From positions 1 to 64,000 of IMG/VR virus record IMGVR_UViG_3300045973_000209: 64,000 bases of DNA. One strand, given 5' to 3'. Shown one piece after another: positions 1 to 9,327 of the stretch (within the stretch, counting starts at the first letter, position 1; each line of letters starts with the position of its first letter). This stretch comes from a virus. The translations under genes were made by a program, and so were the position numbers. Under the pieces are notes generated by a model that did not search any database, was not told the origin of the DNA, and saw only the letters and a list, made by a program, of their open reading frames with translations.

Positions 1-15
1 AATGAACCTATTTTA

Positions 16-228
16 ATGGATGATGTTAATAATCCAGGAAGTAAGATTATGACTAAACCATTAACTATAACAATTAAAGTATTTCTAAAAGTTGAAGGGA
101 TTAATGCTAATTATAATATTGAAGTTAATCCTAATGATCTTGAAGTATGGAATGAATCTATGCAATTTAGACATGTTGTTACATATAGAACAAGAAAAGG
201 TATAACAAGAACTGTTTATTATAATTAA
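16..228 (+). CDS. hypothetical protein (may be 5'-truncated; the frame is open back to nt 1)
   Basis: ATG at 16; same frame has no stop from nt 1; first gene in a co-oriented, tightly packed series. Confidence 0.5.
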   Translation: MDDVNNPGSKIMTKPLTITIKVFLKVEGINANYNIEVNPNDLEVWNESMQFRHVVTYRTRKGITRTVYYN

Positions 229-240
229 GAATATATAGCC

Positions 241-582
241 ATGACAGATCAATTAATCTCATTTGAGACAGCTAAATTAGCTAAGGAAAAAAGTTTTAAT
301 GAAGATATGTGTCATTGTGGAGGATTTCCTGATTGTATATGTACTGATTTACGTCCTACTCAATCTTTACTTCAAAAATGGTTAAGAGAAGTACATCATT
401 ATCATGTTATTGCTGAACCATATCCTCATTCAGATGGATTCTTAAGATGGAATTGTTTAGTTAATAACTTACGAAAAACAACTAATAATTGTTTTCTTAA
501 TTATGCTATAATGTCACCATTTAAAGGTACATACGAAGAAGCACTTGAAATTGGTTTACAAGAAGCATTAAAACTTATATAA
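241..582 (+). CDS. hypothetical Cys/His-rich small protein
   Basis: ATG start, packed in the operon; CHCGGFPDCIC cluster; no recognisable family. Confidence 0.6.
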   Translation: MTDQLISFETAKLAKEKSFNEDMCHCGGFPDCICTDLRPTQSLLQKWLREVHHYHVIAEPYPHSDGFLRWNCLVNNLRKTTNNCFLNYAIMSPFKGTYEEALEIGLQEALKLI

Positions 583-583
583 T

Positions 584-817
584 ATGGACTATAAAGAGAA
601 AAAAGCAATAGCTGATGCTTATCTTATAAAGAAAGCTGGCGTAGATTGGGATGAACTATCTGATATTAATAGTCTTCATGATTGTGATACACAAGAAGAT
701 GTATTTGCTGCTTGTGATGATAGATTAGAAGAAGATGGATTTCCTATGGATGATATTGGACCTACTGGAGATATAAATGATGGAGAAGATGATAATCTTA
801 AATTTATTGATTTCTAA
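584..817 (+). CDS. hypothetical highly acidic protein
   Basis: ATG 2 nt after the upstream stop; D/E-rich 77 aa. Confidence 0.55.
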   Translation: MDYKEKKAIADAYLIKKAGVDWDELSDINSLHDCDTQEDVFAACDDRLEEDGFPMDDIGPTGDINDGEDDNLKFIDF

Positions 818-820
818 ATT

Positions 821-2299
821 ATGGAATTTAAAGATAAAGTATCTATATATGGTGGATATGGCTTCACCAATGATCAAGAGAGAGGTCTTGATTTATTAAA
901 CAAATGGTATAATGATCCAAAAGATCTTCTATTTACACTTAGTGGTAGAGCAGGTACAGGTAAAACATATATGCTTAAATATTTTATTGATAAAATAGTT
1001 AAGAATCCTATATGTGTATCTGCTCCTACTCATAAAGCAGTAAGACAAGTAGAAAGAAGCACAGGACGACAAGGTAAAACATTACAGAGTATTCTTGGTC
1101 TTCGTCCTAATGTAAATCTAGATACTTTTGATTTACATAATGTTCAATTTGATCAATTAGGAACTCCTACTATAAGTAATTATAGAATTATTGTAATTGA
1201 TGAATGTAGTATGATTAATTCTGATTTACTTAATTTACTTATAAAGAAAGCAAGTGATTTAGGTGTAAAATTACTTTTTGTAGGTGATCCATGTCAATTA
1301 CCACCTGTTAATAAGCATAATGAAAATGATGCTAGTATTAGTCCTACATTTGAATTGAAGAATAATTATGAATTAAAGGAGATCATAAGACAGAGTAGTG
1401 ATAATCCTCTTACACAACTACTAGAAACTATTGTTGATGATGTAAATATAGATGGTAGTAAGTTTATTAAGTATTTAATTGATCATCCTAGTAGAGTAAA
1501 TGAAAATGGAGAAGGGTATAAAATATTTAACAATAGAGAAGAATTTCAAGCAGTAGCTATTGATTGTTTTAAGAATGATAAGTTTAGTAAAGATCCAGAC
1601 TATGCTAGAATTGCTGCTTGGAAAAATGATACTGTTATGAATTATAATCATGCAGTTAGAAATGCACTTATTCCATATTTTACAGGAGAACCTGTAAAAG
1701 AATTACTTGATATGAATGATCTTCTTATTGGATATAAAACTATTACAGATGAATTTAATAATGTTACATTAACTAATAGTGAAGATTATGTAATTAATAG
1801 TGTAGTTCCTAGAGTTGCTGAAGGAGGATTTAATGCATATGCAGTTGAAATTGAACCTAGACATGGTGGTAAAATTGTTACAGTAAATGTAGTTGATTAT
1901 AGAGATAAGACTTTTATGGTATTTTATGAAATTGTGAAGAAAAAGTATTTTAATGCTTTATTTGCAAATACCGATAAAGGTGCTAAATGGAGAAAGTTCT
2001 ATGAATATAAAGATAATTTTCTTACATTAATTACATTTCCTATTAAGCAAGGTGAAGATATTAAGACTAGAGTGCAAAAAGATATTGATTATGCATTTAG
2101 TTTAACTACTCATAAGCTACAAGGTAGTACTATTGAAAATACTTTTGTAGATTTAAATGATATGCTCTATTATAGTACAGGTAGAGTTGTAATGAATACT
2201 AATTGGGCTCCTAGAGCAACTGAGATTAGAAATAAGTTGATTTATACTGCAATTAGTAGAACTAGTAAGTTTTGTAATCTATATCTAAATTTGAAATAA
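821..2299 (+). CDS. SF1B DNA helicase (Dda/RecD/Pif1-like)
   Basis: Walker A GRAGTGKTY, Walker B VIDECSMI, FVGDPCQLPPV, TTHKLQGST, IYTAISRT: the SF1 helicase motif series in the right order. Confidence 0.85.
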   Translation: MEFKDKVSIYGGYGFTNDQERGLDLLNKWYNDPKDLLFTLSGRAGTGKTYMLKYFIDKIVKNPICVSAPTHKAVRQVERSTGRQGKTLQSILGLRPNVNLDTFDLHNVQFDQLGTPTISNYRIIVIDECSMINSDLLNLLIKKASDLGVKLLFVGDPCQLPPVNKHNENDASISPTFELKNNYELKEIIRQSSDNPLTQLLETIVDDVNIDGSKFIKYLIDHPSRVNENGEGYKIFNNREEFQAVAIDCFKNDKFSKDPDYARIAAWKNDTVMNYNHAVRNALIPYFTGEPVKELLDMNDLLIGYKTITDEFNNVTLTNSEDYVINSVVPRVAEGGFNAYAVEIEPRHGGKIVTVNVVDYRDKTFMVFYEIVKKKYFNALFANTDKGAKWRKFYEYKDNFLTLITFPIKQGEDIKTRVQKDIDYAFSLTTHKLQGSTIENTFVDLNDMLYYSTGRVVMNTNWAPRATEIRNKLIYTAISRTSKFCNLYLNLK

Positions 2300-2592
2300 T
2301 GAATTTAAAACAACAAATTTCTAGATTAAAATCTCTTAATCTTCCTAAGAGTGAAAAACAAATAACAAGAATTAGAGAATATACTATTATTGACATTGAA
2401 TATGAAGATCACACTAGATCTCTTCATAGAGTTAATATAGGATTTACTGCTTATGAATTATTAGGATTACTTGAGCATGTAAGACTTGACCTTCATCAAC
2501 AATTTACTCATCCTGAACAATTCAAAACTGTTACTAGAAAAGGTGAGCATAATACTAAATTTAATATTAAAAAGAAAGATGAAGCTATTTAA
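2299..2592 (+). CDS. hypothetical protein
   Basis: ATG overlaps the upstream TAA (TAATG); 97 aa. Confidence 0.6.
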   Translation: MNLKQQISRLKSLNLPKSEKQITRIREYTIIDIEYEDHTRSLHRVNIGFTAYELLGLLEHVRLDLHQQFTHPEQFKTVTRKGEHNTKFNIKKKDEAI

Positions 2593-2761
2593 ATTTTCTA
2601 ATGAAAGACCTAATCATAAACATCATATTAGTTTTGATGCTTATTTAGAAAGTGCTTTAGTATTTGGTACTGTTATTGGGATAGATACTAATGTCAGACC
2701 TACTGAATATATATTTCAGTTGGCTATTATTTGTATAGTATTTACTATTAGAATACGATGA
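2579..2761 (+). CDS. hypothetical small protein with C-terminal hydrophobic segment
   Basis: Internal ATG (MKLFKFS...) of the listed 2486 ORF; fills the 2592-2758 gap; stop overlaps the next ATG (ATGA). Confidence 0.4.
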   Translation: MKLFKFSNERPNHKHHISFDAYLESALVFGTVIGIDTNVRPTEYIFQLAIICIVFTIRIR

Positions 2762-3333
2762 CAGAATTTACTTGTTCTAAATGTGATATATGTGTTCTTA
2801 ATAATCATCATCCATTAATTGGTGATGGTAATTTAGATGCTAATATTATGTTTATAAGTAGAAATCCAAGTGCTTTTGAAATGAAAAACGATATACCCCT
2901 CTATAGTAAAGATGGTATGTTATTTCAGAAGTATTTGGATTTATTTAATTTTAGCAGAGATTTAGTATATATTACTAATGCTATAAAATGTAGAACTCCT
3001 GGGCATAGATATCCTACTGATCAAGAAATATATAATTGTTATGAGTATCTTGATAATGAGATTAAAAATGTCAACCCTAAAATTATTGTTCTATTAGGCG
3101 ATACTACTATTAGAGCATATTTTAAGTTAGCTTTTAAGAATCTAAGTGTACATTCTGACACTCTTAATGCTAAATATATGATTCATAATGGGAGAATTAT
3201 ATTATTTATGATTCATCCTGCACATGGACTAAATTCCATATATGTTAGAACTGATATTTATAAAGCGTTTTTAACATTATTAAGTTTATATAGATATATA
3301 AACCCTGCGCATCAAATTAATTTTAATCTTTAA
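2758..3333 (+). CDS. uracil-DNA glycosylase, family 4 type
   Basis: N-terminal Cys cluster CSKCDIC, GDGNLDANIMFISRNPSAFE (family-4 motif A-like), ITNAIKCR, HPAHGL near the C-terminus. Confidence 0.8.
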   Translation: MTEFTCSKCDICVLNNHHPLIGDGNLDANIMFISRNPSAFEMKNDIPLYSKDGMLFQKYLDLFNFSRDLVYITNAIKCRTPGHRYPTDQEIYNCYEYLDNEIKNVNPKIIVLLGDTTIRAYFKLAFKNLSVHSDTLNAKYMIHNGRIILFMIHPAHGLNSIYVRTDIYKAFLTLLSLYRYINPAHQINFNL

Positions 3334-3336
3334 ATT

Positions 3337-3990
3337 ATGACTAAAAAAAGTTTTATAATCAGAGCTTGTATAGCGGTTATTGCTATAACTGTTATCCTTA
3401 TGACAGGAAGTAGCATGAGAAAAGTTAAAGTGGAGAAAGTTATTCCAACTACTGTTTGTATTGATAGTGCAATGATGAAAATGTATATTGCTCAACGTAC
3501 AGATCAATTATTTAATTATCTTCATGCTTTAAGTTTACTAGAATCAAATGGTGATCCTACTGCAAGAAGAAGTGGTAGTGGATATATTGGTAATTATCAA
3601 ATAGGTAATAGTGCTAGACAAGTTATTGGACTAGGACAATTAAATAATGAAGGTAATTATCAAGTTATGTTAAATGATTCATTTCTACAAGATATGATAA
3701 TGCTTAGACTATTACAAGCAAACGTATCAGAGATGAGAGAATATTTTAAAAAATATAATAATACAAAACGTGGTGGTTGGTATATTACTAATAGTGGTAT
3801 TCTTGCAATGACTCATCTTATGGGTGGTGGAAACACTAAAGATTTTCTTGATAAAGGAATAATATCACATGATGGTAATGGTCGTCCTATAACAGATTAT
3901 CTACAATTAAATAATTTTAATATATTTATAGATAGTATTGCTACTGGAGGATATATAAAAAATATTCTTGCTAAAGTAAAAATCAAATAA
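3337..3990 (+). CDS. membrane-anchored lytic transglycosylase (SLT/lysozyme-like), possible signal-anchor-release endolysin
   Basis: N-terminal hydrophobic helix IIRACIAVIAITVILMTG; LLESNGDPTARRSGSGYIGNYQIG resembles the SLT E-S...P.A.S..G..G.MQ motif. Confidence 0.55.
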   Translation: MTKKSFIIRACIAVIAITVILMTGSSMRKVKVEKVIPTTVCIDSAMMKMYIAQRTDQLFNYLHALSLLESNGDPTARRSGSGYIGNYQIGNSARQVIGLGQLNNEGNYQVMLNDSFLQDMIMLRLLQANVSEMREYFKKYNNTKRGGWYITNSGILAMTHLMGGGNTKDFLDKGIISHDGNGRPITDYLQLNNFNIFIDSIATGGYIKNILAKVKIK

Positions 3991-4006
3991 TTTAAAACAT
4001 AATCAT

Positions 4007-6106
4007 ATGGTTGGTGCTTATTATGATATCGAGGCGTTTGGTAATTATATTAGCTTTCTTTTTGTTAATATGGTTAATAAACAAGAATGGATTGATGCAT
4101 ATATTGAAGCTGATATTAACAATGATATAGAAGCTAAAAAAGAAGCACTCAACCATATTGATTATGCTCATTTTGTACTTCATGAAGAGCAATATGATGC
4201 TGTTGCATTCTATGAATTTATGAAAGATATAAAATTGCTTATTGGATTTAATAGTTTACGATTTGATAATCTATTAGTAGATTATATGTATATTATTAAA
4301 CCTATAGTTCTTGCTGGTGATACTAATATATGGGCTATAAATAAGATTAAGATGCTTTGTGATACTATAATAGAAAATGGTGATATAAATTATAAGTATT
4401 TTGATGAAGAACTAAAGAAGTTTAAAGAATGGTGGACAAGTATTGATCTTTTTATGGCATTATTTGAAACTGTTGCTAGAAAAAGTTTAAAACAATCTGC
4501 AATTAATATTAAATGGTATAGAATAGAAGATTTACCATTACGTCCTGATGCTACTATAACAAAAGAACAATTTCAAGAGATATTTGATTATAATATGAAT
4601 GATGTTCTTATTACTAGAGCATTGCATTTAAAGAAGAAAAAGGAATTTGAATTAAGAATTAATATTGGTGCTAAATATAATGTTAATGTTCTTACTTCAA
4701 ATAGAAGTGGTATTGCAGATAAATTAATGATTAAATTTTATGAAGATTATACAGGATTAAGATATTTTACTTTCAAAGATAGAAGAACTCTTAGAAGTAC
4801 TATTAATTTTGGAGATATATTAAATTCAAAGATAAATTTTAATACTCCTGAATTGAAAGCACATTATGAAGCTATTAGAAATACAGAGTTTTATATAGAA
4901 GGTAAATATAGAAGAATTATTCTATTTAAAAACAAAGGATATACAATTGCAACCGGTGGATTACATAGTATAGATAGACCTGCTAGATTTGAAGCAGATC
5001 ATAAAACTATTATTATGCGTGATGCTGATGTAAGTAGTTATTATCCTAAATTAATTGAAAATGAAGGTGCTTGTCCTGCTCATATTGCCGATGTAGCATT
5101 TAGTCATATTGTTCATATGATTACAGAAGATAGATTAAAATATAAATCTGATTTCAAATTACTCAAAAAACAAGGAAGATATGCTGAAGCAGAAGATGCT
5201 AAAGTTGGTGCTGAAGCACTTAAGATTGTAGCTAATAGTGGATTATTTGGTAAGATGGGTTATGATGGTTGGTTATTTGATCTTAAAGCTATGTATCAAG
5301 TTACTTTAAATGGCCAATTATATTTAATGATGATGATTGAACAATTAGAAGAAGCTGGAATTGAGATTATAAGTGCAAATACAGATGGTATTTTAGCTAG
5401 ATTTAATGTATCTAAAGAAGATGATTATAAAAGAATTACTACAGATTGGCAGAAGTTTACTAAACTTGATTTAGAGTTTGCTAATTATATTAAATATGTT
5501 AGAACAGGTGTAAATTCTTATATTGCTATTAAGAAAGAATGGTTAGATGATCCTTGTGGAGAAGATAATATTAAAAGAAAAGATGAATTCTTAATAGAAG
5601 TTGAGTTAAGTAAAGGATTTAATGCACCTATTGTAGCTATTGCTATTGATAAATATATTGTTAATCAAATACCTATTGAACAAACTATAAGACAACATAC
5701 AGATATATATGATTATTGTATAAGTGTTAAGACTGGTGAAGTATATGATAAACAATTGCATACTACACAAAAAGGTGAATATACTATTGATCCTTTGTCT
5801 AAAAATTTAAGATATTATGTATCTAATAATGGTGGTACATTACTTAAACATAAGAGAACTAAAGAAGGATTAGATAAGTATGCTCAAATGATCAAAGGAG
5901 TATTAATAACTCCATTTAATGATTATTTTAAAGTCAGTAATATGAGTGAATATGATATTAATTATCAATATTATATTAAACGTGCTACTGATTTATTACT
6001 TAAAATAGAAGGTGAATATAAACGCCCTAGTGGAAGTAGAGTATTTCATGGAAGTAAGAAAAAAGGTGTTTCACAAATTGGTCATATGTTTGATAATATT
6101 GAATAA
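4007..6106 (+). CDS. DNA polymerase, family B, with 3'-5' exonuclease
   Basis: Exo I YYDIEAF (aa 6-12), Exo II NSLRFD, Exo III YNMNDV, motif A DADVSSYYPK, motif B KIVANSGLFGKMG, motif C SANTDGI. Confidence 0.85.
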   Translation: MVGAYYDIEAFGNYISFLFVNMVNKQEWIDAYIEADINNDIEAKKEALNHIDYAHFVLHEEQYDAVAFYEFMKDIKLLIGFNSLRFDNLLVDYMYIIKPIVLAGDTNIWAINKIKMLCDTIIENGDINYKYFDEELKKFKEWWTSIDLFMALFETVARKSLKQSAINIKWYRIEDLPLRPDATITKEQFQEIFDYNMNDVLITRALHLKKKKEFELRINIGAKYNVNVLTSNRSGIADKLMIKFYEDYTGLRYFTFKDRRTLRSTINFGDILNSKINFNTPELKAHYEAIRNTEFYIEGKYRRIILFKNKGYTIATGGLHSIDRPARFEADHKTIIMRDADVSSYYPKLIENEGACPAHIADVAFSHIVHMITEDRLKYKSDFKLLKKQGRYAEAEDAKVGAEALKIVANSGLFGKMGYDGWLFDLKAMYQVTLNGQLYLMMMIEQLEEAGIEIISANTDGILARFNVSKEDDYKRITTDWQKFTKLDLEFANYIKYVRTGVNSYIAIKKEWLDDPCGEDNIKRKDEFLIEVELSKGFNAPIVAIAIDKYIVNQIPIEQTIRQHTDIYDYCISVKTGEVYDKQLHTTQKGEYTIDPLSKNLRYYVSNNGGTLLKHKRTKEGLDKYAQMIKGVLITPFNDYFKVSNMSEYDINYQYYIKRATDLLLKIEGEYKRPSGSRVFHGSKKKGVSQIGHMFDNIE

Positions 6107-6107
6107 A

Positions 6108-6569
6108 ATGAAAAATTTAATTATTGTTATTTTACTATTTAGTTCTATTATTGTTAATGCACAATCTTTAACTGTTTCTCTTGGTGATTCTCAAACTAGA
6201 GGAATGAGTAGTCTTAATTTTCAAATAGAACATATAAGTATCTTTGGTGGATGGCAACCAAATAGAACTCCATTTGCACATATACGATATAATTCATATT
6301 ATAGTGGAATTACTTATTATGTTAATCCTACTAGAAGCAATATATACTTAACTGGAGGTTATGCAATTAATGGTATATATTATTTAGAATATGGAAATAT
6401 GTTACCTAAAAATACAGTTAATTGTATTATAGGAGTTAGAACTTTTCTACATGAGTATATATGGCGCATAACTAAACGATTTTCTTTTGATATAGGAGCA
6501 GGAGCCATATTTAGTACTAATCGTGTTGATCCTAATATAGAATGTACTCTTAATTTTAAATTATTCTAA
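6108..6569 (+). CDS. secreted small beta-barrel outer-membrane-protein-like protein
   Basis: ATG at 6108, 1 nt after the PolB stop. Signal peptide MKNLIIVILLFSSIIVNA/QS. Alternating hydrophobic strands (LNFQIEHISIF, ITYYV, IYLTGGYAI, FSFDIGAGAIFS). C-terminal ...TLNFKLF ends in Phe. Confidence 0.55.
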   Translation: MKNLIIVILLFSSIIVNAQSLTVSLGDSQTRGMSSLNFQIEHISIFGGWQPNRTPFAHIRYNSYYSGITYYVNPTRSNIYLTGGYAINGIYYLEYGNMLPKNTVNCIIGVRTFLHEYIWRITKRFSFDIGAGAIFSTNRVDPNIECTLNFKLF

Positions 6570-6982
6570 TGGCAAAACAAACTAGTAATTATAATTGTAT
6601 TCTTTATGAACCTGGAGATAAGGTTAGAGAGAAGCATGGTGAAGATGAAGTTCTTGAAATAGAAGCTACGAGAATTGGTAATGTAGGTTTATTTACTTGT
6701 CAATTCTTAAGATTCAAAGATAAAGAAGATGATATTGGATGTTTTAGTAATCTATATATTCCAGTAGGTGAAACTATTGAGAAATATAAAGATGGATTAA
6801 AATATCTTGATGAAGTTAAAGTTAGAAGTAAACAAGTTGAAAAAGGTATTAAAATTCATAAACAAATAGAAAAGAAAATTAAACAGGATAACTCTCTTAC
6901 TCCTGAAGATCTAAAGCCTCATTATGTCGCTATAGGTACGTTTAACGGAAGAGCCCCCATAAATAAAGAAGGTGAGAAATAA
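6569..6982 (+). CDS. hypothetical protein
   Basis: ATG overlaps the upstream TAA; 137 aa. Confidence 0.6.
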   Translation: MAKQTSNYNCILYEPGDKVREKHGEDEVLEIEATRIGNVGLFTCQFLRFKDKEDDIGCFSNLYIPVGETIEKYKDGLKYLDEVKVRSKQVEKGIKIHKQIEKKIKQDNSLTPEDLKPHYVAIGTFNGRAPINKEGEK

Positions 6983-7015
6983 TGTAATTATAAACAGTCA
7001 ATAAAACTTAAAGTC

Positions 7016-7735
7016 ATGTCAGATAAACTTATTATTAAAATATTAGCAATAATTGCTGGAATTGCAGTAGCAACAATAATTATGATTCTTATTGTATCTA
7101 GACAAAGAGATAAACAATATCAAGCAATTAGTGATCTTAATTTTGCTTTGCAAGATAGTTTACGTGTTACTAAAAATAAACTTGGTCAATTGACTACAAC
7201 TACTACTGTATTAACTGCTGAAAATACTTATTTATTTACAAATATAAAAAGTAAAGATGCTGAAGTAATTAGATTACAGAATGTAGTTAAGACATATGAA
7301 AAAAAGAATGGAGATTTAAATACAGCATTAGCAATTAGTGATGAAACAGTAATGAATTTACAAGATAGTATAACTAATAAAATTATTGGATATAGTACAA
7401 CTACTGATACTACTGGACTTATCACAAGATATCCTATATATACTCGATCTTTTACTAAAGAATGGTATCATGGTGATGTTACAGTGGGTTTAGACACTCT
7501 AGCATTACATGTAACAAATATTAATGCATATGATATAACAATAGGTGAAGAAAAAGTATCATTATTTAAGAAGAAATTATTTGCTAATGTTACTAATCTA
7601 AATCCTAATACTGAAACTAAAGTATTAAAAGTATATCAAAAGCAGGAAGTAAAGACGAAAGTTGGAGGCTTTCTACTTAAAAATGGAGTTAAGATAGGAA
7701 TAGGAATTGGAATTGGATATATATTATTTAAATGA
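7016..7735 (+). CDS. bitopic membrane protein with coiled-coil region and Gly-Ile C-terminal hydrophobic tail
   Basis: N-terminal TM IIKILAIIAGIAVATIIMILIV, heptad-like middle region, C-terminal GVKIGIGIGIGYILFK. Confidence 0.6.
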   Translation: MSDKLIIKILAIIAGIAVATIIMILIVSRQRDKQYQAISDLNFALQDSLRVTKNKLGQLTTTTTVLTAENTYLFTNIKSKDAEVIRLQNVVKTYEKKNGDLNTALAISDETVMNLQDSITNKIIGYSTTTDTTGLITRYPIYTRSFTKEWYHGDVTVGLDTLALHVTNINAYDITIGEEKVSLFKKKLFANVTNLNPNTETKVLKVYQKQEVKTKVGGFLLKNGVKIGIGIGIGYILFK

Positions 7736-7741
7736 TATACT

Positions 7742-9253
7742 ATGGAATTAGACATTACAAAAATCGACAGACAGAAAGCAGGAATCAACAAATGGAGAAA
7801 TGCAAATGGTAAAGGTACATTAGCTCATCCTCCTAGATTCGGTAAGACTTATGAAGCAATAGTATTTGCTATTAATCCTCATTTAAATAATAATTCTAAT
7901 AACCGTGTTATAGTTTTAGTTCCATCTGAAATTACTGGTAAACAATGGGATGACAATCTTAAAAGTTATGCTGATAGTTTAGATAGAATTACAGTTTATA
8001 CTGCAAATTATTTAGCAAGTAATCCAGAAGCAAAGTTAGAATGTAGTTTTCTTATTGTAGATGAATTACAAAAATTTCTTACTGATGATAGGAAAGCAAT
8101 GCTAGATGGTACTAGAATAAAGCATCATTATAGATTAGGATTAACTGGAACTTATCCCCGTGGAATTGAATGGATTGATACTTTATATCCTATTGTTGAT
8201 ACTATTACTGAAGAAGAAGCAATTACTAATGGTTGGACTAGTCCATTTGTAGAGTATAATATTCTTCTTGAGTTTCCTGTAAATGATAAAGCTAGATATG
8301 AAAAGTTTAGCAAACCTATTACTGAAAGTTTACTTTTAGTGCATCCTCTATTATCCACTCTTATAAGAGAAGAAAATAAACCAATATTTGAAAATGAATT
8401 AAAACTTCTTCAGGCTTGTAAAGCTGGATTTAAAACTACTACATTAAGTGGTGCTGAAACATATATTACTTATGATAGATTATGTAATACCATTGCATTT
8501 ATGCAAGGTTGGTCTACATCTTTAGATGTTAGTGTTCCTGTGAATGCTGAACTTCATGCTTTATGGAGTCCTATGGCTATTCATGAGAGAGCTAAGACAT
8601 TTATGGATTATATAGGAAGAAGAAATCAATTAATGATTGATAATCCTATTAAACTTGAAATGATTGGTGAACTTATTGCAAGAAATTTAGTACCTACCAT
8701 TATATTTAATGAAAGTACTGTCTTTGCTGATAGTGTTGCTGATTACATAAATGCTAGATTTAATGGTGCATATAGAGCAGCGTGTTATCATTCTAAACTT
8801 GATTCTAAAGTAATGATTGATCCTAGTACTGGAGAATATTTTAAATTTACAACAGGAGATAGAAAAGGATTACCTAAAACTTTAGGTAAAGATAAGATAA
8901 AGAGTATTGTAATCCAGGCATTTAAAGAAGGATATTATCATTGTATAAGTACTGCTCATGCTCTAGATGAAGGATTAGATGTTTCTACTATTGAACAAGT
9001 AATTACTACTGGTGGAACAACAAACCCTATGACATATCAACAAAGAACTGCAAGAGGAAAGACTATGGATAGTTATAATCCTAATAAAGTTACTAAGATA
9101 TTCAATTTAGTATTTGATGATTTTAGTAATAGTGAAGGAGAATTAATTAAAAGCAGGGATAAAACTAAATTAGTAGTTAGACAGAAAGAAACTGGTTCAA
9201 CTGTAAAGTGGATAAAAACACTGGACGACATAAAATTTAGCGATAATGAATAA
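7742..9253 (+). CDS. SF2 helicase (DEAD/SNF2-like)
   Basis: PPRFGKTYEA (motif I), LIVDELQKF (DExx), LTGTYPR (III), ALDEGLDV (V), QRTARGKT (VI). Confidence 0.8.
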   Translation: MELDITKIDRQKAGINKWRNANGKGTLAHPPRFGKTYEAIVFAINPHLNNNSNNRVIVLVPSEITGKQWDDNLKSYADSLDRITVYTANYLASNPEAKLECSFLIVDELQKFLTDDRKAMLDGTRIKHHYRLGLTGTYPRGIEWIDTLYPIVDTITEEEAITNGWTSPFVEYNILLEFPVNDKARYEKFSKPITESLLLVHPLLSTLIREENKPIFENELKLLQACKAGFKTTTLSGAETYITYDRLCNTIAFMQGWSTSLDVSVPVNAELHALWSPMAIHERAKTFMDYIGRRNQLMIDNPIKLEMIGELIARNLVPTIIFNESTVFADSVADYINARFNGAYRAACYHSKLDSKVMIDPSTGEYFKFTTGDRKGLPKTLGKDKIKSIVIQAFKEGYYHCISTAHALDEGLDVSTIEQVITTGGTTNPMTYQQRTARGKTMDSYNPNKVTKIFNLVFDDFSNSEGELIKSRDKTKLVVRQKETGSTVKWIKTLDDIKFSDNE

Positions 9254-9327
9254 AAAATATTAACTTTTCCTTGCATATCTGGTTTTAATGTTTTATATTT
9301 ATACGAAATTCAATACAGAAAAAACAA

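Noticed and set aside
6012-6107. Upstream in-frame extension of the OMP-like gene, overlapping the PolB 3' end by 95 nt
   Set aside because: The internal ATG at 6108 lies 1 nt after the PolB stop and yields a canonical signal peptide at the very N-terminus. The extension would bury the signal peptide.
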